From a virus (Duplodnaviria; Caudoviricetes), in IMG/VR virus record IMGVR_UViG_3300017909_001085, positions 61,861-125,860 of that record: a DNA stretch of 64,000 nucleotides. The stretch is one strand, 5' to 3'. The notes below the pieces were generated by a model. That model ran no database searches. It was not told the origin of the DNA and was given only the letters and a program-made list of their open reading frames with translations. The position numbers and the translations under genes are program-made. Position 1 is the stretch's first letter. Each line of letters begins with the position of its first letter. This document shows, piece by piece, positions 20,101 through 29,181 of this stretch.

Positions 20101-20800
20101 TTGCGACAAAGAACCCATTGATAAAATAAATACCTGCTTGAATTTGAATTGCTGAACCTCGACCAACAGTATCACTGTTACCTGCGGCGGTCATCACCGC
20201 AGGATCAAAGAAGTCGATGTCAGGCGTTCCTTCTGGTTGTGTAGACATGACAGTACCAGTTGTTAATAGTGATGCTGTCAGTTCTGTAGTTTGGTCTGCA
20301 GTCATATCAGGATTTTTAGCAACAGTATTATCTACATTCAAAGATGTAACATTCTCACCAATAGCATATCTTTTGGTTGAACCATCAGTTCCGCTATCTT
20401 CATACTTGATATACAGCGTTAAAGGTGTAGTAGAGGTGGCCGCTAAAGTTCCAATAACTTTCGCTTTAACGCCTGTCTCTGAACCTGTGATAATCTTGTT
20501 TACAAAATCTGTTCTATAACTTTCTACGTTCTGAGCATTAAATGTAGATTGAACTTTAATGAAGTCATATTCAAAGTCAAAGGCGATATCGCCTGGAATA
20601 ACCATCGAACCTTCCTTAAAGACATGTCGACCATGTCTCTCAATCTGATTTTGTAAAATCGATTGAAGTTGGGTTAACTCTCTCGCCTGAACTGGAAATC
20701 CAGGACGAAAGAGTACTCGATGAAAATTCTTTGACTTGGCACCGCCTGTACCTTCAAAATCATCATAATAAGGGTCTACATTAAAGTCTATAACTGCCAT
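14123..20800 (-). CDS. Large baseplate-associated structural protein (VrlC / DUF4815 family)
   Basis: PYYDDF..LFRPGFPVQARELTQLQSILQNQ, APGAHRYKI, ARRTYDESGDY and DPLAQTF motifs. Confidence 0.88.
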   Translation of the reverse strand: MAVIDFNVDPYYDDFEGTGGAKSKNFHRVLFRPGFPVQARELTQLQSILQNQIERHGRHVFKEGSMVIPGDIAFDFEYDFIKVQSTFNAQNVESYRTDFVNKIITGSETGVKAKVIGTLAATSTTPLTLYIKYEDSGTDGSTKRYAIGENVTSLNVDNTVAKNPDMTADQTTELTASLLTTGTVMSTQPEGTPDIDFFDPAVMTAAGNSDTVGRGSAIQIQAGIYFINGFFVANEAQRILLEPYHNYPSFRVGFQVSQTTITPEEDESLKDNAQGASNFAAPGAHRYKITLTLTKKSLTSKDDVNFIELARCEQGQISKLVEKATYNFLQEEFARRTYDESGDYEVKPFRLDVREHLNDGTNRGVWDSNADTPGDAAKLALGIEPGKAYVQGYEVESKITQFLNVDKPRTFNSVVDTPIQTDVGNFVLVNTLTGAADINDFAEVFIYDDFISGSPAVIGSANLRGIQLHDGDYTGNIDDVTYKLSIFDIQMNDGKDFARDARAFGDSSTPSSATFSCNVEPKLVALSGTATVGTGDPTVTGVGTAFNSQVRAGDVLFLTNTTGDVRIGEVASVTNNLELELTGNGLVAVAGGTVKRFSAELLRPDQKILVFPTGYFRMRKIRGSDAQNPDNVLSSTYTVRRHFTPSYNIAAGAAQFTVPDNESFASVSNLQNFIVVLTATGTGSTLATADVGAIIPITAGDLALTNNGRTLTISNLLSKTLPSGANPTNGNSVEIIASVQISSAAGAEKTKALQPNSTVQITTQAEAQKTEITLGKADGFALKSVKMAADFSTNATSSDQDITDRFTFDNGQRDAFYDLARIVLKPGRPAPTGRLLVTFDFFTHSGGDYFSVDSYDGVVDYEDIPQYSSPDGNGATFDLRDCIDFRPRIQDSGGSFTGSGGSVTEIPMIGTNFNADFTYFLGRIDKIAMNFDGKFIRIPGVPDINPRPPLDLGKAMTLFEVTYKPYVIDTSEVVARKIKNKRYTMKDIGRLETRISNLEEVSSLNLLEKATTDLLILDADGNPRLKNGFIVDNFKGHGIGNVGSPDYRVAIDMKRHIARPMAHTEIVKMVEENSTDAQRTAANYRKHKDGIVTLNYTELPYIENEYASDSMEVNAYKVSPYTGEMILTPASDDWKDTTRRPDLVVVDDNNFDAIQFLADEIGVEGTVWESWQDNWFGEQIFTGEVRIGSGTSGGWNGNIMQEVGTQQVGQVREGVETKLLNSTVDKAMGDRIVDMSMIPYMREIPIHIQIDNMKPRTKINGFFDNVNINAYVKPDDKFTVTAPNRTDFQFDPLQDPGVEFDTDDARYFGTFVDPDSDIAYPALAFALGDVVRNSVHTATSISNVVKVGNTVTITASTVSGISVGHVVTFDSIVGSTELNEGKYRVESVDTSANTFTIVNFDATGTPITTVTAYTSGGTVTRQQASGVVSYAGHLNTETSDTLPHTFHVSNIKNGFAIGDDLTGTIDNALGAKNLCTITAVNSVSDATSTDVYKNLKQFGDDNITDSEGTYTGVFVVPNTDTLKFRTGDRTLRFIDNNTNNIEIGVHTTKAERIFHATGINETREETILSLRQAEFVRDRVEEEREISRNITGSTRFQRTSRVQPPPSADGGDGGDGGGSGAGGGCGQHDPLAQTFVINEAKDGVMVTKVDLYFNEAGTRPIIIQLVNTKDGFPGLKILQQKIIDVADVNVSTDASVPTTVTFDSPVFMAGEVTYALLIKVDQPGCKVFFSDIGESNLGDNRTISRNPLTGTMFLSQNGNTWTPHQTRDIKMTIYRASFTGSVAVMDFKNVRNGFTVLNNNPFETAPNTNKVRVTQRNHGLSAGDKVTIANVASGFYGANSTTNGIPHTEFNKQHTVVAPVTNDTYVIEVNASNVVNGISGLSSDTVGGGNVQATRNFVADLIQPTLTNIRFAQSSLTYDMNVQKKAGGTFTGFKPVQENQNQEYDEPMIINSKENENATVGYSARIRATFNTLNDFVSPMIDSQRVSLCAISNRIDSRVETDVNLSTHDDRTAVSANTTVAFSNTNGNITTTNTAARALFDTLDIGKFITISGAANAGNNQKYLISNYKNDGTTATITTTPVPATNESASNAVTIVQHEKFLSDIAPSGASNLANYVTRRFTLENPSTAIKIVYEMNRPASCTVDVYYKVITDGTEQKFETIPFRKVDTEVSDSADGDPTVFRERTHLVEGLAEFSAVAIKIVMKSTNTSFVPKIKNLRVIALAL

Positions 20801-20836
20801 TTATCGCTCCGATATCTTTCTATTCTACTATTTAGA

Positions 20837-22195
20837 CTAGAATTCAATAACTAATTTGATATCTTCAATCTGGTCAGACGCACGATTAATTGGTCGTCTA
20901 TGCTCAAGATACATGATATCACCACTATCAGGTTCAACCTCAGGATTACCCAAACTTGCAATTGTTCCTGATGCAGATGAACCACCACCTGTAACAGTTT
21001 CAGAACTTGTAAATGCAGTAAATCCTGTATTGATGTCTTGATAGTATCTCAAAACTCTTGTTGAAGCATTCCAATCAATCACTTTACCTGATGCAGATGA
21101 AGAACCACCTGTGATAGTTTCATCAACTACAAAGGTACCTGAAAGACCAGAACTGTTGAGCGTAAGTGACTTAGTAGCACTTCTTGTAGTATCTGTTGCA
21201 ACTACAGTTGTACCAAAGTTCAATGGATCACGAACAAGACCAATTCTACGATAATCGTTAGAAACTGGGAAGTCACCAGCACCATCACTGTATTCAAGTC
21301 TCACGTTATTCATTACATAGAATCCACCTAATTCATGAATTGCATTAGATGAGTGACCACCTTCTGGACCGATGATTGCTTTAATCGCACCATTCGAACC
21401 ACCACCGCCAGAGACAGTGATTGTTGCTTGAGTATATCCAGTTCCTGCGTTAGTGATTGTGAAACCATTAATCGCACCAGAGTTTACAGTTGCAGTTGCA
21501 GTTGCACCGGTACCATCACCAGTAATTGTTAGTGTTGGTGCAGATGAGTATCCAGAACCAGCGTTAGTAATTTTAAGTTGCTTGATGGCACCATCTACTG
21601 CCGCCCCTTGTGTATCGAACTGTTCTTTGTATGGTTGTCCAGAACCTGGATCAGAAGCGATAAACTTAACTGGCATAAAGTCTGTTGACAAGAACTTCAG
21701 CGCATCTGCCGCAGAAATAGTATACATATATTTCCAAATGTATCCATCTGCAGTTGTGATGTAACCAGTTGAAGTACCAGTTGGTTTAGTCGTTGATGCG
21801 CCATTGCTATTATTGCTAATAACTTTGTACACATTGTAATCGTCTGTCAAGACGTAGAATGTTGCAGAGAACAGTGAAGTAGCACCACTATTAGCGGTGT
21901 TTGATGATGAGTAATCATGTGCATACTCATCGTACACTGTACCTGATGTCCAATCTCTTCTTACTACTGCGTGAATAACATCTGATGCAGTCACACGCTT
22001 CATGGCGACCATGTCATCATAAGCGTTAAATGATGTATCATTGTTATCAGTAGGAGTAGGAGGAGATGTATCATCGGTCCATGCTTGTGGACGACCGATG
22101 AACAAATAAATGTTTGTTCCAGAACTTTCACTAAATGCTTCAATGTACTGTTCAGCATTGTGAATACGGAACTTATTAGTAATGATTGCGGCCAT
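20837..22195 (-). CDS. gp8: Baseplate wedge subunit
   Basis: MAAIITNKFRI, VYKVISN, DGYIWKYMYTI and EDIKLVIEF motifs; late promoter at 22232-22239. Confidence 0.9.
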   Translation of the reverse strand: MAAIITNKFRIHNAEQYIEAFSESSGTNIYLFIGRPQAWTDDTSPPTPTDNNDTSFNAYDDMVAMKRVTASDVIHAVVRRDWTSGTVYDEYAHDYSSSNTANSGATSLFSATFYVLTDDYNVYKVISNNSNGASTTKPTGTSTGYITTADGYIWKYMYTISAADALKFLSTDFMPVKFIASDPGSGQPYKEQFDTQGAAVDGAIKQLKITNAGSGYSSAPTLTITGDGTGATATATVNSGAINGFTITNAGTGYTQATITVSGGGGSNGAIKAIIGPEGGHSSNAIHELGGFYVMNNVRLEYSDGAGDFPVSNDYRRIGLVRDPLNFGTTVVATDTTRSATKSLTLNSSGLSGTFVVDETITGGSSSASGKVIDWNASTRVLRYYQDINTGFTAFTSSETVTGGGSSASGTIASLGNPEVEPDSGDIMYLEHRRPINRASDQIEDIKLVIEF

Positions 22196-22246
22196 TTTTT
22201 CCTCTCTTTAACTAATTTAAGTATATGACATTATTTATAAGACTTT

Positions 22247-25204
22247 TTAACTACTTCGCAGGAAGATTTCACTATCAAATGTAAAATCTAATTTTCTTCC
22301 CGGAAAGTTTACTAAGTCTTCAACAGACATCAACTCATTTAGATGTGCTATTTGCGTATTTGCATAAGTATCCCAATAAGTATCATTACTGGTATTACTA
22401 CCAGAATAGTTTGATGTCAATACAGAACTATTATACGTTCCTCTATATATACGACCCCCACGGTCGATTTGTCTAGTTCCTGCGCTGTATGGCGGGAACA
22501 AGAACTTAAAGCGGTCTAGTGAATGCCCCGTAGGTCCAAGTTTTGCTGACCCATAGGATTCATGTAAGTGTGCATCTTCTAGACCAAGAGATGCAATTAA
22601 GTGTAGTTTCGATGTGGATACTGCAGTCAAATCATCTGTAGATGTAATTGTTGGCAACAGCAATGTGACAACATTCTGTACGCTTCGTGCAACTGTTGCA
22701 ACTTGCTTATAAATTTCTATTTGATGTTTAACTGTGGTGTTAGCAGTCAAATTTTCTAACCATGTTTCGAATGTCTGAAGTATAATCATAATATCTGGTG
22801 TCTGTTTAGTTCTACCATGCTGATTACCATCTGCAGTTGCATTATTAGGTGAGTTAGGTATATTGACACTCTCATCAAATGCAGTTTGACTTTCTCTCAA
22901 GAAAAGTGTGACTTGTTTTAAGAACTGTGTAGTTGCATCAATGTTAGCGGCAGGTGTTGGATGCTGTGGGAACTGCAATGTAGGAATAACACCACCAGGT
23001 TCAGTTCCAATTAACTCATCTTCACCCTTTATGTAATTGTTACCTGTATTGGTCATAACTTCATTACTATTTTCTAGTAAGATGAAAGACCCATCTTCTT
23101 GAATAATTCTTGTTTCAAATAACATCGCTGATGCGACTTCAGTGAAAATTTCAAGTTCCATCTTCTGTTCTCTCGCAACAGGCGTTGCTTCTTTAAGAAG
23201 TGAAATCATAAACTCAATAGGTTTGAATATAAATCCACCAGTCAGTGCGTTTTGATTAAGTCTAAAGTTAGACCCACCCCATGCACTTGCTCTTGCAGTA
23301 GTTTGAACAGAAACTTCACCAAACAGTGCTAGACCAACTGGATGTAAAATACGTTTAATAGCATCACGCCAGACGTTGATTGACTGACCAACTTTAACAA
23401 CATACGAGAAGTCTTGGTAGTAGAAACTATCTTGAATATTTTTAGAACTTTCTGAAAGACGACCATCTGCACCAAATAGAACACCTTCACTAGAAGATAC
23501 TGTACCGTTTCTTGGATTAATAGTTGCAGAACCAACTTGACATATAACTGCAGTTGCTCCTGAAGTTGTGCCTCTAATTCTAGACCTTCTTAAACAAATA
23601 TCAGTTTTCTCAATTAGATTTGTTGGTATTTCAAAACTATCATCTACAGTATTCAACTTTATCTTATATAAGTTTCTAGTAGTATCAATAGATTGAATAA
23701 CACCATTTTCTACTGCAGTTATTTCACTTATTAAGTTATCACCAGTTTCTAATAGAACATTGCTTTCATCTTCTTTGAGTATATGATATGGTTGAGATGT
23801 AACAGGTTCACCTACTATAAATGTACCGACTATATCTTCTAGAATTAAATTTTCTTGTACAATGACATCAGGTACACTATCATACCCACTACCTAAGTTA
23901 GTTCTAGTGACACCAGTTATACGACCTATATCTCTTGAGACAGCATACAATTCTGCGCCTGTACCATTGGTAGTTGTTACTCCAATTGTAGGAAGTTGAT
24001 TATAATTAACACCTTCATTAACAATTTTCAACTCATGAATTTCACCAAGATGGTCGGAATCATCAGGACGTATCTTATCTCCATTCTCTAAGAGAAGTAA
24101 ATCACCATCTTCTTTTGCTATTTCTCTGATATCACCAGCAAGAATGTTATGTCCATTTTCTAGTAGAATACCATCGCCACTTCCTTCATTTATAAGTCTA
24201 CCCTCAACTCTAGCAACTACTGCAGAAGCATTTGCACCCAAACCACCATTTGCATATGTTAGTGGATCATCTAACGCATAATCTCTACCTCTTTGTTCAA
24301 TAACATATTCTTGAACGCCACCTTTACCAACTGCATTAATATCAAACTGTGCAGAACTACCTATTTCTTCATGTATGGTAGTATCACCATTTTCTTGAAG
24401 AATTTTATCACCGTCTTCTTTGACAATGTTAGGAGTTTGATTAGAAGTAACAAGTGGATCACCAGTAATATAGTATGCACCAGCAGTTGGTATGTCAACA
24501 CCAGTAATAATATTATCAATGATACCTGTAACTGTACCGCTATCTGTTGGTATTGTAACTGTCTGACCAGCAACAAAAGCACCAGATAGAGAATTTTGAG
24601 TAAGAGTTAGTTGATAAACTGTATTTGCTCCAACAGCAAATGCGATAAAGTTCTCAATCAATCCAGTTGATAAGTTAATATTAATATCACTTGGATTATT
24701 TGCTTGCGTTATCTGCTTACCTACAATCTGTGATATATTAGTTACATCACCAGAAATACTTTTGATGTTGATAATAGTATCTGAAGTAAATTTACCATCA
24801 GACACACGCAACATATCTACTTTTGGATAGTATACAGAAACTTCTTCATTAAACAACATTCTGAATAATAGAATAAGTGCTTTATCTGTTCCCTTTGATT
24901 GATAAAATTCTTTAATATTTTTGAGAAGATTTCTCTTATCATTAAGAATGGAATCTGGAATATCTACTAGGTAATTTTCTTTGAAATATGTTACAAATGC
25001 ATCAAGAGTAGTATCAATGTCGTTGACTATTCTAGCACTACGAGTTGCTTCAATAGCATTGCCTTGCAGTTCCATCCACTCATAGTATGCTTCAAGAAAA
25101 GTTACAAAGGTTGTATGGTCACTTTGAACAAACTCTGGTAATTGGTCAGAGATTATTGCTGAGACTTGTCCTTTAATATTATCGTTAGAAAGACCATTGT
25201 ACAT
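22247..25204 (-). CDS. gp7: Baseplate wedge initiator
   Basis: QLPEFV, FY.SKGT..A...LFR.LF and IQDSFYYQDFSYVVK...HPVG motifs. Confidence 0.82.
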   Translation of the reverse strand: MYNGLSNDNIKGQVSAIISDQLPEFVQSDHTTFVTFLEAYYEWMELQGNAIEATRSARIVNDIDTTLDAFVTYFKENYLVDIPDSILNDKRNLLKNIKEFYQSKGTDKALILLFRMLFNEEVSVYYPKVDMLRVSDGKFTSDTIINIKSISGDVTNISQIVGKQITQANNPSDININLSTGLIENFIAFAVGANTVYQLTLTQNSLSGAFVAGQTVTIPTDSGTVTGIIDNIITGVDIPTAGAYYITGDPLVTSNQTPNIVKEDGDKILQENGDTTIHEEIGSSAQFDINAVGKGGVQEYVIEQRGRDYALDDPLTYANGGLGANASAVVARVEGRLINEGSGDGILLENGHNILAGDIREIAKEDGDLLLLENGDKIRPDDSDHLGEIHELKIVNEGVNYNQLPTIGVTTTNGTGAELYAVSRDIGRITGVTRTNLGSGYDSVPDVIVQENLILEDIVGTFIVGEPVTSQPYHILKEDESNVLLETGDNLISEITAVENGVIQSIDTTRNLYKIKLNTVDDSFEIPTNLIEKTDICLRRSRIRGTTSGATAVICQVGSATINPRNGTVSSSEGVLFGADGRLSESSKNIQDSFYYQDFSYVVKVGQSINVWRDAIKRILHPVGLALFGEVSVQTTARASAWGGSNFRLNQNALTGGFIFKPIEFMISLLKEATPVAREQKMELEIFTEVASAMLFETRIIQEDGSFILLENSNEVMTNTGNNYIKGEDELIGTEPGGVIPTLQFPQHPTPAANIDATTQFLKQVTLFLRESQTAFDESVNIPNSPNNATADGNQHGRTKQTPDIMIILQTFETWLENLTANTTVKHQIEIYKQVATVARSVQNVVTLLLPTITSTDDLTAVSTSKLHLIASLGLEDAHLHESYGSAKLGPTGHSLDRFKFLFPPYSAGTRQIDRGGRIYRGTYNSSVLTSNYSGSNTSNDTYWDTYANTQIAHLNELMSVEDLVNFPGRKLDFTFDSEIFLRSS

Positions 25205-27183
25205 TAGTATGAACTTCCACCGCTACCTGAACTTCCGCTACTTCCACTACTACTTGAACTTCCACTACTTCCAGAACTTCCTGTTATCGCTGATGCGGCG
25301 CCAGCAAGACCAGACCCACCTGTGTTACTTAATTCATTACTTGATGATGTTTGATAATCAACACCAGCAGAGGATTCACCAGTTGCAATCTTGTCTACAA
25401 TAGTATTCACTGTAATATCACTCTCATTAATTTCTAATAGTACGTTACGAACACTTACAATATCGTTAGAGTTTAGTGTCACGAATATTTTAACTTGATT
25501 TTCATCTAGTACTGTACTAGTAATATTTAGTTGGTCAACAATAATCTTACCTGTGGCATAATCAATCTGACCTTGTGTAGAATTCACATAAACTTTAGTT
25601 GATGAACCCTCTTCAAGATAATATGAACGAACATTACCTGCTCCGTCATCATCTAGATATAGAGTTTGAGTTCTACCTGCAATATTGAAACCTGTTGATG
25701 ATATATTTGTAGGTGACCCTGCCCCTTGTGTAAAGATAGGATTGTAAAAATTAATAGTATACTTACTTTCGTTATTTAATATTGCATCAAAATATCTTTG
25801 ACATCTAATGGTAGTTACGTTAGAGACAATACCTTTATCTGCCCTATCAATGACATTAACAAACTTAGAATATCTGAAAACACTATCAAATGATTTTATC
25901 TCTGTGTTTGAATAATTTAGAATATCTTGTCTTACTTTTGATGATATATCTGTGTAACTAGAACTTGTTACATTTGGATTCCAATATACATTTACTGTAG
26001 GAATAATATCAATGTACACCGGGTCAATAATTTCAGGTGTGATAGAGACCATATTCTTACCTGCTAAAACAGAATTTTTAATTCCGTCTTTTGTAGATGT
26101 AGTTAATGTTCTACCAGTTTTAGGTTTTATAGATAAGAAAACTTTACCATAGATAGGCGGGTCATTATCTTCACCACCCCACACTTGCATCGTATCAACA
26201 TTATTATATAACTTAGGAAGAATTATCTTATAATCTTCTGCTGTTACTGCACGATTTTGTGCAGAATATGACTTAGGAGCATTGAACTTAATACTTTCGA
26301 TGCTTTCTCTCGCCGCACCATTCTGCGAATTGATAACAGTAGTAATTGTTGCATTTGTAGAACCACCAACTGAACTTTGTAGTGTAAATGCATTTGCACC
26401 ATTTGCTTCATCTTCATTACAAACAATATACTCAATGATGACTATATTACCATCATCTAGTGCTTTACCTAAAACATTATCACCAAAACTAAGTTCATAA
26501 TATCCATTTTCAACAGCATCTAAGAAATATACTTCAGATTGAGAAGTAACCTCTAAGAAATCATTTGCTTTACTAAATGTTCTCTGTGTTACATCTGCTA
26601 CTGAAGTTTGTACTTTTACAGCAATAGTTGATGTATCAATATTTTCATCTGTTAGTAAAAATCTTTGTGCAGGGTCTAAGGAATCTTTTGTATATTGTAA
26701 GTTAAGAAGAGTTCCCTCTTTAATATCAATATTTGTAAACGTATACACACCCTCTGTTGGTACAATTGTTACGTCAGAAGTTGTTACAAATTGATAGTTG
26801 ACATCATTAACACGACTTCTAAAAACAGTACCCTTAGGCATCGTGAGTGTAGTGGGTGCGCCAGCAGGTGAATTGATTGTCACATTTATTCTTGCTTCTG
26901 ATGATGTAGATGACCTTGGAGTATAACCTAAATGCTTTGCAAGTGATATAACGCTATCTCTCTTGACGGCACTATCAAGAAACATCTCGTTTGCTACCAT
27001 GTTAGCATATACTGCATTATAGTGTGTATTATACGAAAGAACGTCTAGCAATGTATTCATCGCTGAACCCTCAAAGTCATAATCTTTGAAAGTCTCTTGC
27101 GATTTCATATATGATTTCAGATTTGTTTTTATATCGTTGAAATCTAGTTCTGTAACTCTTAATCTTTTTGTAGTTTGTGCCAT
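25204..27183 (-). CDS. gp6: Baseplate wedge subunit
   Basis: ELDF..IK.NLK, DYDFEGS, NEMFLDSA and QNRAVTAEDY motifs. Confidence 0.93.
   Translation of the reverse strand: MAQTTKRLRVTELDFNDIKTNLKSYMKSQETFKDYDFEGSAMNTLLDVLSYNTHYNAVYANMVANEMFLDSAVKRDSVISLAKHLGYTPRSSTSSEARINVTINSPAGAPTTLTMPKGTVFRSRVNDVNYQFVTTSDVTIVPTEGVYTFTNIDIKEGTLLNLQYTKDSLDPAQRFLLTDENIDTSTIAVKVQTSVADVTQRTFSKANDFLEVTSQSEVYFLDAVENGYYELSFGDNVLGKALDDGNIVIIEYIVCNEDEANGANAFTLQSSVGGSTNATITTVINSQNGAARESIESIKFNAPKSYSAQNRAVTAEDYKIILPKLYNNVDTMQVWGGEDNDPPIYGKVFLSIKPKTGRTLTTSTKDGIKNSVLAGKNMVSITPEIIDPVYIDIIPTVNVYWNPNVTSSSYTDISSKVRQDILNYSNTEIKSFDSVFRYSKFVNVIDRADKGIVSNVTTIRCQRYFDAILNNESKYTINFYNPIFTQGAGSPTNISSTGFNIAGRTQTLYLDDDGAGNVRSYYLEEGSSTKVYVNSTQGQIDYATGKIIVDQLNITSTVLDENQVKIFVTLNSNDIVSVRNVLLEINESDITVNTIVDKIATGESSAGVDYQTSSSNELSNTGGSGLAGAASAITGSSGSSGSSSSSGSSGSSGSGGSSY
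25210..25290. repeat. Degenerate Ser/Gly-coding repeat at the gp6 C-terminus
   Basis: Repeated (g)aacttccactact / acttccgctac units. Confidence 0.6.
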
Positions 27184-27588
27184 TTATCTCGTCCTTACTA
27201 AAAAGGTCTCAAATACCTCGGACCCTGTGAAATTTACAACATAGAAAAAAATCCTCACTCTATAAGTATTAGTATCTGGTTCATCAAATACTTGTACATC
27301 TTCAATTCTCGCTCTAGGTTCATGATTATCTATGACCTCACGAATTGACTTCTCTATTAATCTTCTTGTCATAGGAGTATTGTTCTCAAACAACAAGTCT
27401 GCAATCGATGAACCAAGATAAGGTTGAAAAGGTCTTTCAAAGTACCTAGTTTGAATAAGTGATTTCATAGACTGCTTTACTGCTTCTACATCACTCTTAC
27501 GAGCAACATCTGATGTAGTAGACAGTCTAGTAAAGTTAAAGTCTAAATCCTTAAAATCTGCGGTTTTTCTTGTTACAGTCGTTGCCAT
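27184..27588 (-). CDS. gp25: Baseplate wedge / sheath initiator
   Basis: FKDLD..F, ERPFQP.LGS and HEPRA motifs; TATAAATA at 27594-27601. Confidence 0.9.
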   Translation of the reverse strand: MATTVTRKTADFKDLDFNFTRLSTTSDVARKSDVEAVKQSMKSLIQTRYFERPFQPYLGSSIADLLFENNTPMTRRLIEKSIREVIDNHEPRARIEDVQVFDEPDTNTYRVRIFFYVVNFTGSEVFETFLVRTR

Positions 27589-27605
27589 ACTACTATTTAT
27601 ACCTC

Positions 27606-27908
27606 TTATCCGCCAGCAAATACGTTAGATGAACCAGTTGCAACTGATGTGCAAGAAGTTACACCATCACCAACTCTACCACAACCTTTATTGTTCACAA
27701 ATACAGTTGTTGAACCTGTAGTTATAGGTGCCGCATGAGAAGGACATGGTGGTACATTAGGAGGAAGTTTATGAGTTGTATTATTATCTCCCTGTCTACT
27801 AATACCTGTACCATTGCAAAATACATTGCTACTTCTTTTGTCTCTCTTAGGAGTTGAACAATGTATTACATCTGCATCAACGCTGTCACCTCTACAAACT
27901 GCTGGCAT
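27606..27908 (-). CDS. gp5.4: PAAR-like spike tip protein
   Basis: MPAVCRGD, GS.TVFVN.K..GRVGD and GSSNVFAG motifs. Confidence 0.85.
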   Translation of the reverse strand: MPAVCRGDSVDADVIHCSTPKRDKRSSNVFCNGTGISRQGDNNTTHKLPPNVPPCPSHAAPITTGSTTVFVNNKGCGRVGDGVTSCTSVATGSSNVFAGG

Positions 27909-28105
27909 TATAGTCTCTCTCTAGAAAATATCTCTCTGAACTTTGTATGAAAAGTAGCAATCAAATCATGGTCTTCTTGTGTATGTGGTTCTGGAGGAAA
28001 GTCAGGTTCAAATCCAATCAAATTATCAAATGACGCAGGTATATCATCGATATGACGATATGTATGAACTACACCACCAATTAGAACTTGAAACTTACCT
28101 GTCAT
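27908..28105 (-). CDS. Conserved hypothetical protein
   Basis: DIP..FD..I.F.PD.P.PPH-type motif; translationally coupled to neighbours. Confidence 0.65.
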   Translation of the reverse strand: MTGKFQVLIGGVVHTYRHIDDIPASFDNLIGFEPDFPPEPHTQEDHDLIATFHTKFREIFSRERL

Positions 28106-28248
28106 CTTGTACTACCTTGACCTCTATACTTCTTAAAACTTCTTCTCTTATGTTTGTTCATAGTCGATGTGATAGGTTTTCTTCCTTGAGAAGTACCTTT
28201 GACTGTTTTTTCATATATTGGGGCAGACCCAAACTTTATCTTTGCCAT
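28102..28248 (-). CDS. Small basic protein, 48 aa (missed by ORF track)
   Basis: MAKIKFGSAPIYEKTVKGTSQGRKPITSTMNKHKRRSFKKYRGQGSTR; GAGGA RBS; ATGA overlap with next gene. Confidence 0.75.
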   Translation of the reverse strand: MAKIKFGSAPIYEKTVKGTSQGRKPITSTMNKHKRRSFKKYRGQGSTR

Positions 28249-28257
28249 TTTATCCTC

Positions 28258-29160
28258 TTAGTTCAAATCAATTCTAGGTGCATCAGCATCAATATGCTTA
28301 CCACCATTCAAGTCAATCGTATCAGACGCATCAACTCTAAAGTTGACACACTTCGCACGAATATCTTTTGTCGATTCCATATCAATGTTACCTTCTGCTT
28401 TCACGGTTGCAGTACCACTTACATAAATGTTGAAGTTACCTTTAGTGTGTTGATTATGGTCTTTCTCAATCAAAAGTTCATGTGTACCTTCGTTGAGAAT
28501 TCTTATCGACCCGTCAGGATGCATCTCAATGAAACTACCCGACATATGTTGTATATTAATTCTTTCTCCGTTTGGTGTATCATCTACCTCAATGACATGA
28601 CCACTCTCTGTTTGATTTACTCTATTGAATGGATAACGTGCGTTGTAGGGATTCGCCATTGTATTCCATTTGTCTGATGACCATGCAATAGGGTGCGGTG
28701 GATGTTCATCACTAGATAAATGTTCTTGCTTCTTCGTGTAGAGTTTAGATTTTTTATCACCTCTTGCTAAACGAGATGTGTCTGGTTCTTCAATTTCAAC
28801 AGGATGGGTACCAGATGGGTCTGAGAACCCTAAATCTGTATTTGGTCTTTCCATAGGATAACCATAAAATGAACCAATAACAACTGGTTCTTGACATTCA
28901 TTACCATCTGTAAAAAATCCCATCACCCACGAACCTTTAAGAAGTCCTGACGGTGAGTTACCTATCTGTGAAACAGACGCACTTGTAGTAGGCATCATGA
29001 CCATCGCCCAAGGTAAATCTTCAACAGGTAATGTTTCTTTATCTTCTGTGTGAATACCTAGACATCGTACACGAACTCTACCAATCTGTTCTGGATCGTT
29101 GTGGTCTTCAACTACACCCATGAACCAAGTAAATCCGTTAAACCCCATAAAATTCTTCAT
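28258..29160 (-). CDS. gp5: Baseplate hub / central spike without lysozyme domain
   Basis: WFMGVVED..DP...GRVRVRC.G.H, YPFN.V..TESGH.IE.DDTP and beta-helix repeats; late promoter at 29179-29186. Confidence 0.9.
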   Translation of the reverse strand: MKNFMGFNGFTWFMGVVEDHNDPEQIGRVRVRCLGIHTEDKETLPVEDLPWAMVMMPTTSASVSQIGNSPSGLLKGSWVMGFFTDGNECQEPVVIGSFYGYPMERPNTDLGFSDPSGTHPVEIEEPDTSRLARGDKKSKLYTKKQEHLSSDEHPPHPIAWSSDKWNTMANPYNARYPFNRVNQTESGHVIEVDDTPNGERINIQHMSGSFIEMHPDGSIRILNEGTHELLIEKDHNQHTKGNFNIYVSGTATVKAEGNIDMESTKDIRAKCVNFRVDASDTIDLNGGKHIDADAPRIDLN

Positions 29161-29181
29161 ACTATTTCCTTTTGGATTTAT

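Noticed and set aside
27979-28677. 232-aa plus-strand ORF, and similar antisense ORFs (36189-36785, 45316-45918, 11580-11924)
   Set aside because: Antisense shadows of well-supported genes, with no motifs or RBS
28258-29160. gp5 lacking a lysozyme domain
   Set aside because: Common in marine T4-like phages, so not novel
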